Positions 59,202-64,000 of a stretch of DNA of 64,000 nt are shown here, in pieces. The translations under genes were made by a program, and so were the position numbers. The notes under the pieces were generated by a model. That model searched no databases and was not told where the DNA came from. It worked only from the letters and a program-made list of their open reading frames with translations. This stretch comes from Armatimonadota bacterium (GTDB taxonomy: Bacteria; Armatimonadota; Fimbriimonadia; Fimbriimonadales; GBS-DC): positions 32,001 to 96,000 of the forward strand of contig JBBIJY010000002.1 in assembly GCA_037445735.1 (NCBI GenBank), written 5' to 3'. Within the stretch, counting starts at the first letter, position 1, and each line of letters opens with the position of its first letter.

Positions 59202-59216
59202 GCAACTGGCGTGCCA
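59202..59216 (-). promoter_or_regulatory. sigma54 (-24/-12) promoter of the PEP-CTERM gene
   Basis: Minus strand TGGCAC-GCCAG-TTGC, matching consensus TGGCAC-N5-TTGC. Confidence 0.75.
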
Positions 59217-59277
59217 GAACGCCCCGTTAATCTCTGGGGGTTCACTTTTTCAGGCGATTCGTGGTACAATCCCCCCG

Positions 59278-59925
59278 ATGGACACGCTGACGCAGGTGCT
59301 CGAGTTTTTTTTGCATATCGATCGCCATCTGGAGAGTGTGGTGCGCCAGTATCATAGCGCGACCTATGGCATTCTGTTTCTGATCGTCTTTATGGAGACG
59401 GGGCTGGTTGTGACGCCCTTTTTGCCAGGCGATTCCCTGCTGTTTGCGGCGGGCACGCTGGCGGGCAAGGGCATGCTGGACATTCGCACGCTCTATCTCG
59501 TGCTGCTGATTGCGCCCCTGTGCGGCGATAATGTGAACTACTGGATTGGGCGGCTGATCGGGCATCGGCTGGTGCAGAGCCAGCGCGTGCGCCTGATTCG
59601 CAGAGAGCACTTAGATAAAACGCACGCCTTCTTTGAGAAGTACGGTGGCAAGACGCTGGTGATTGCCCGCTTCGTGCCGATTGTGCGCACGATGGCGCCT
59701 TTCGTGGCGGGGCTGGGCGCGATGACCTACCCCCGATTCCTGATGTTCAGCCTGCTGGGCGCGTTCCTGTGGGTCACCATCTGCACCCTCGCCGGCTACT
59801 ACTTCGGCAGCATTCCCCTCATCAAAAACAACTTCTCCATCGCCATTCTGGTGATTATCGCCCTGTCGCTGATGCCTGCCCTCATTGAGTATCTGCGCCA
59901 CAGGCGACAGGTGCGCGTCGGGTAA
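59278..59925 (+). CDS. dedA: DedA family membrane protein
   Basis: ETGLVVTPFLPGDSLLF, GDNVNY, ARFVPIVRT. Confidence 0.93.
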   Translation: MDTLTQVLEFFLHIDRHLESVVRQYHSATYGILFLIVFMETGLVVTPFLPGDSLLFAAGTLAGKGMLDIRTLYLVLLIAPLCGDNVNYWIGRLIGHRLVQSQRVRLIRREHLDKTHAFFEKYGGKTLVIARFVPIVRTMAPFVAGLGAMTYPRFLMFSLLGAFLWVTICTLAGYYFGSIPLIKNNFSIAILVIIALSLMPALIEYLRHRRQVRVG

Positions 59926-59939
59926 AATAGTGGTGGAGG

Positions 59940-60128
59940 ATGACGCCGATGGAAACGACCGTTGGGCAGCGACGATGGCGCGTTGTGCTGGAGCAAGACC
60001 CTGAAACTGGCGAATGGGCTGCCTGGTGCCCTGAGCTGCCAGGCTGTGCATCAGCAGGAGACACGGAGGAGGAGGCTCTCAATAACATTCGCGAAGCCAT
60101 TATGCTCTATCTGCAACCAGCAGATTAG
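59940..60128 (+). CDS. HicB-like antitoxin domain (orphan)
   Basis: PELPGCASAGDTEEEALNNIREAI. Confidence 0.8.
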   Translation: MTPMETTVGQRRWRVVLEQDPETGEWAAWCPELPGCASAGDTEEEALNNIREAIMLYLQPAD

Positions 60129-61510
60129 CTCCCCAGTGGTTCAAAATGGCAGCTGAAGTGGCGCAGGAAGGGCGTCTGCCATGTGATGCGATAGCCGTGC
60201 AGCTGGTCGCGTCGGGCATACACATTCAGAATCGCCTCCACCACATAGTCCACATGGCTCTGGGTGTAGACGCGCCGCGGGATGGCGAGGCGCACCAGCT
60301 CCTTGCGGGCAGGAATCTCCTGACCCGTTTCGGGATCCACTTTGCCGAACATCACGGAGCCAATCTCGCTGCTGCGGATGCCACCCTCGCGATAGAGTTC
60401 GACCACCAGCGACTGACCCGGATATTGCAGGGGCGGGATGTGGGGCAACATCAGCCCTGCGTCGATGTAGATGGCGTGTCCGCCAGGCGGCTGCACAATG
60501 GGCACGCCCTCACGCGCGATATGCTCGCCCAGATAGCGCACCGACGCCAGCCGATACTGCAGGTAATGCTCGTCCAGCACCTCCTGCAAGCCGATCGCCA
60601 TCGCCTCCAGGTCGCGTCCCGCCAGCCCGCCATAGGTCGGGAAGCCCTCGGTCAAAATTAGCAGTTCCTTCTCCTGCTGGGCTAACTGGTCATCGTTGGT
60701 GCACAGGAAGCCACCGATGTTCGCCAGCCCATCTTTTTTGGCGGACATGGTGCAGCCGTCGGCGTAAGAGAACATCTCACGCACAATCTCACGGACGCTC
60801 TTCTGCTGATAGCCTGGCTCGCGCAGCTTGATCAGATAAGCGTTTTCAGCGAAGCGGCAGGCGTCGATATAGAGCGGGATGCCGTGTCGGCGGCAAATCT
60901 GGCTCACGGCGCGGATGTTCGCCATCGACACGGGCTGACCGCCGCCCGAGTTGTTCGTGACAGTGAGCATTACCAGCGGGATGCGCTCCGCGCCCACCTC
61001 CTGAATGAGCCGCTCCAGCGCACTGGTATCCATGTTGCCCTTGAAGGGATGGGGCGTTTGCGTGTCGCTCGCTTCCGCGCAGGGCAGATCAACCGCCGTG
61101 CCGCCCAAATATTCGATGTTGGCGCGGGTGGTGTCGAAGTGGGTGTTGTTGGGGATCACACAGCCTGGCTTGCACACCAGCGAGAACAGGATACGCTCGG
61201 CGGCGCGACCCTGATGCACGGGGATCACATGCTTGAATCCGAAAATCTCGCGCACGACCGACTCAAAGAAGTAGAAGCTGCGGCTGCCCGCGTACGATTC
61301 GTCGCCACGCATCACGCCCGCCCACTGATCCGCGCTCATCGCCGCCGTGCCCGAATCGGTCAGCAGGTCAATCAGCACATCGTCGGAGCGCACCAGAAAC
61401 AGATTATAGTGGGCGCGTTGCAGAATCGCCTCGCGCTCTTCAGGGGTGGTCATCCGAATCGGCTCCACCACCTTGATTCGGAACGGCTCAATAATCGTTC
61501 GGAACGGCAT
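60125..61510 (-). CDS. tnaA: Tryptophanase (beta-eliminating lyase; tyrosine phenol-lyase less likely)
   Basis: EPFRIK, IDLLTDSGT, GDESYAG, SAKKD PLP lysine, RLAIPRRVY. Confidence 0.85.
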   Translation of the reverse strand: MPFRTIIEPFRIKVVEPIRMTTPEEREAILQRAHYNLFLVRSDDVLIDLLTDSGTAAMSADQWAGVMRGDESYAGSRSFYFFESVVREIFGFKHVIPVHQGRAAERILFSLVCKPGCVIPNNTHFDTTRANIEYLGGTAVDLPCAEASDTQTPHPFKGNMDTSALERLIQEVGAERIPLVMLTVTNNSGGGQPVSMANIRAVSQICRRHGIPLYIDACRFAENAYLIKLREPGYQQKSVREIVREMFSYADGCTMSAKKDGLANIGGFLCTNDDQLAQQEKELLILTEGFPTYGGLAGRDLEAMAIGLQEVLDEHYLQYRLASVRYLGEHIAREGVPIVQPPGGHAIYIDAGLMLPHIPPLQYPGQSLVVELYREGGIRSSEIGSVMFGKVDPETGQEIPARKELVRLAIPRRVYTQSHVDYVVEAILNVYARRDQLHGYRITWQTPFLRHFSCHFEPLGS

Positions 61511-61540
61511 AGCGGCTCCCTCGCCAGCAAGAATATACCC

Positions 61541-61950
61541 TTAGCCAGCCACTACTTCGAGGAACTGCCCGGGATCGACAATCTGGACGCCACCATATGC
61601 TCCCAACCTTAATAGATGGCGACGATCCCCCGTTACAAGATGGGTTGCATGCCCAACTATTGCACACTCGAGACCTGATTATCTCTTGCATCCTCTGAAA
61701 TCACCTGCAAGCTGCCTGATATTGGAACTATCTCAAGGAAAGCTGTAAGATCATTAATGGTGTCCTCAACCTCTGCAGGTGTGAAGTTGGTTTTCCTTTT
61801 CAGGACGGCTTCCAGCTCTTGTAGAATAGTGAAACATGTCAGTCCGTGAACAAGCCCTTGCCTTGCTAAATCCACACATTGTGCAGGTTTACCACCCCAT
61901 ATCGTGCTGGAGAAAAGCACATTGGTGTCGAAGACAGCGACTATAAGCAT
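61541..61950 (-). pseudogene. PIN-domain toxin with 1-bp frameshift near 61672
   Basis: FDTNV..EDARDNQV, then the alternate frame continues LECAIVGHATHLVTGDRRHLL..QFLEVVAG to TAA 61541. Confidence 0.85.
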
Positions 61951-62192
61951 CCTCTTTCTTCATGGATCAGGTCGTCAATAAACTGCAGACGTTTTTCGTC
62001 ATTCATGGTGTCCCGGTCCAGTCCTCGTGACGCTGCCAGCGCGCGGATGTGCTTCTGCGCCTTTTGCATGAGCCGCTGTCGCTTCTGGCGCATTTCTTTT
62101 GCCAGCTCCTGAAAAACCCGCCGTTTCTGGTCATCGGGCAAGTTTTTGACAAGTCCGATTAGCTGCTCCACACTTATGCCTGAGAAACTCAT
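61941..62192 (-). CDS. Putative antitoxin upstream of the PIN gene
   Basis: 83 aa, overlaps the PIN start, TATAAT upstream, less GC-rich than flanks. Confidence 0.7.
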   Translation of the reverse strand: MSFSGISVEQLIGLVKNLPDDQKRRVFQELAKEMRQKRQRLMQKAQKHIRALAASRGLDRDTMNDEKRLQFIDDLIHEERGCL

Positions 62193-62278
62193 GTCTGCCT
62201 CTACAGGATTATACCTGAACCTGATCGGGCAAAGCGTTCACTCCAGCATCTTCCTGCAGTGAACGCACTAACTCGCCT

Positions 62279-63946
62279 TTAAGGAGTATACCCGCTCTGC
62301 TGCATCTGTCGCAGGCTGGGGAGCAGGCTGGGCAGCTGGTGTGGGGCGAGGGGCGGTTCAGTGCCGTCGGGCGTGCCCAGCCCACGCCGAACCACCTCCC
62401 ACCAGTCCCACGCCACTATCTGGCTCGCATCGAAGATCATCACACCATGCGAGTTGAGCCGCGCGGCTCGAATCGCCCGCTCAAAGCCTGCCGGGTCGCG
62501 AACATAGTCGTCGGTGTAGATGCCCGCATAGACCAGCACCTCGCCGTTCGTCCAGCTCATCACGCGGCGGGTCATACCCTCCACCGTGCGCACCTCGTCG
62601 GCATCGTACAGCGGCGCCTCCGCCATAAAGGGCACATCGAAGTAGCAACCGGGCATCAGATAGTCCAGATCGAACAGGTAGGAGCTGAACCGATAGTCGC
62701 TGTCGATGAAGGGGTAGGGGCGTTCGAGCGCGTCGCTGCCCCAGTTGACGCCCAGTTCGTAGTAGAGGGGGTACCAGCTGCCCACATAGGCGCCGATGGG
62801 CATCGGGCGCACCGACTCCACCGTGCGCCGAATCTCGCGCAGCAGGTCGCGTATCACCTCCGCACGGAACTGCACCCACTGCCCGAAGCGGGGTCCGCGC
62901 TCATACGCCTCGCGGGGCATCTCTGGCGGGCGCAGGATGTCGTCGGGGAAGTTTGCCACCCGCCCATAGCGCGCTTCGAACGCCGCGCGGGTCAAATCCG
63001 AGAAATCGGTGTACACATTCGCCCAGCGCATCCGATCCAGCACCAGCCCATCGATGGGATAGTTCTGGCACAGTTCGCGAACGAGTGCGAGCAGGCGCGA
63101 GCGTACCTCCGGATGCAGCGGGTTCACAAACACCGCGACGCCTTCCGTGTCCGATTCGGCAATCGGCTGCAGAATCGGCTGCGTTTCCAGTCGGAGCGCG
63201 ACGCCCAGCGTGGCAAGCCGCTCCAGGCGAGCTGCCGCCTGACCATCGGCGACCAGCACCCAGCCGTCTTCGGGCGGGCGAATCGGCTGGCTCACGAAGA
63301 TGCCGTCCACAATCGCCTGCACGCGCAGGTCGTCCGTCAGCAGGGCGTACGCCCAGCTGCGCCCGGCGGGTGGCGGCGGCGCGTTCGCACGCCGATAAGC
63401 CGAGATGCCATCGGGCGGCGGCGCAAGGTCGAACCGATCCAGCGGGTAGCGCGTGCCATCGGGCAGAACCAGCGTGCGCCTGCGCGAATAGGCGACCATC
63501 TGCCAGTCGCGATGCTGATACGCCACGCCCGTGTGGAACATCTTGTGCCCTTCCGAGAGCACATTGATGCTGGCATGCACCTCCAGCCCCTGCGCGTGCG
63601 CCTCCTCCAGAAACATCTGCAGAATGTCCAGATCGGGCGGCACACGCACCTCACGCCACTCCGTCAGCGGCGGTGCAATCTGGCTCTTATACAGCACATG
63701 ACCGCTCACGGGCTTCACATCCAGCACAATCGTGTTGATGCCGACGCGCCTGCAGTTCGAAACGAAGGCGCGCACGCGCTCGCGGTCAACAAGCCAGTCC
63801 AGATTGGCGGTCGCATCGACCCACATCACGCGCCCCTCCAGCCCCAGCCGCCGCACCAGAGATACCGAATCGGGCAACGATTGCGCCAGCAGCGAGGGGA
63901 GCCATCCCAGAAAGAGCCAGCTCAGCAGTAGAGAGCGCAAACCCAT
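62279..63946 (-). CDS. Glycoside hydrolase-like family 10 (GHL10/DUF187-like) secreted protein
   Basis: Signal peptide, GINTIVLDVK, GLEVHA, NPLHPEVR, DGLVLDRMR. Confidence 0.75.
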   Translation of the reverse strand: MGLRSLLLSWLFLGWLPSLLAQSLPDSVSLVRRLGLEGRVMWVDATANLDWLVDRERVRAFVSNCRRVGINTIVLDVKPVSGHVLYKSQIAPPLTEWREVRVPPDLDILQMFLEEAHAQGLEVHASINVLSEGHKMFHTGVAYQHRDWQMVAYSRRRTLVLPDGTRYPLDRFDLAPPPDGISAYRRANAPPPPAGRSWAYALLTDDLRVQAIVDGIFVSQPIRPPEDGWVLVADGQAAARLERLATLGVALRLETQPILQPIAESDTEGVAVFVNPLHPEVRSRLLALVRELCQNYPIDGLVLDRMRWANVYTDFSDLTRAAFEARYGRVANFPDDILRPPEMPREAYERGPRFGQWVQFRAEVIRDLLREIRRTVESVRPMPIGAYVGSWYPLYYELGVNWGSDALERPYPFIDSDYRFSSYLFDLDYLMPGCYFDVPFMAEAPLYDADEVRTVEGMTRRVMSWTNGEVLVYAGIYTDDYVRDPAGFERAIRAARLNSHGVMIFDASQIVAWDWWEVVRRGLGTPDGTEPPLAPHQLPSLLPSLRQMQQSGYTP

Positions 63947-64000
63947 CGGCAAGCGATTATACCCCCAGCCGATTCTCCCAAAAAGGCAACAGGAACCGAA

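Noticed and set aside
61660-61690. Programmed ribosomal frameshift in the PIN gene
   Set aside because: No slippery heptamer or obvious stimulatory structure; a simple deletion is more parsimonious.

Overview
GC-rich bacterial chromosomal window, probably thermophilic Armatimonadota (Fimbriimonadales-like); this is inferred from PEP-CTERM proteins, dockerin-like 'DDADLLxVLFxFG' tails and gene content. It is mostly housekeeping and envelope genes: tkt, pepV, dacB, hpt, galU-like, rng, Rieske/cytochrome bc, cinA-thpR, rpsB-tsf-atpD-atpC, hutH, ECF sigma operon, lptD-like, dedA, tnaA. A complete type I-B cas operon (cas6-8-7-5-3-4-1-2, 17276-25195) carries a likely hidden internal Cas11, but I found no CRISPR array in the window. 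The most striking unexplained structure is a set of palindromic repeats. About 13 boxC-like CCCTCACCC..CCCTCTCCC-n-GGGAGAGGG elements occur, five of them in-frame inside transketolase and the LptD-like gene. One inverted pair sits inside a 169-bp MITE-like unit with TIRs and a 10-bp target duplication, and GTAG-type REPs also occur, one in-frame in a putative anti-sigma gene. Other oddities: an apparent ATC start for RNase G/E, atpD-atpC directly behind rpsB-tsf, an in-frame amber codon in a DUF4153-like gene, a frameshifted PIN toxin, a 3x28-bp tandem repeat in one PEP-CTERM leader and a perfect sigma54 site before another. Family names come from motif recognition only; no searches were run. 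Several start codons were moved from the ORF track using RBS and promoter context.
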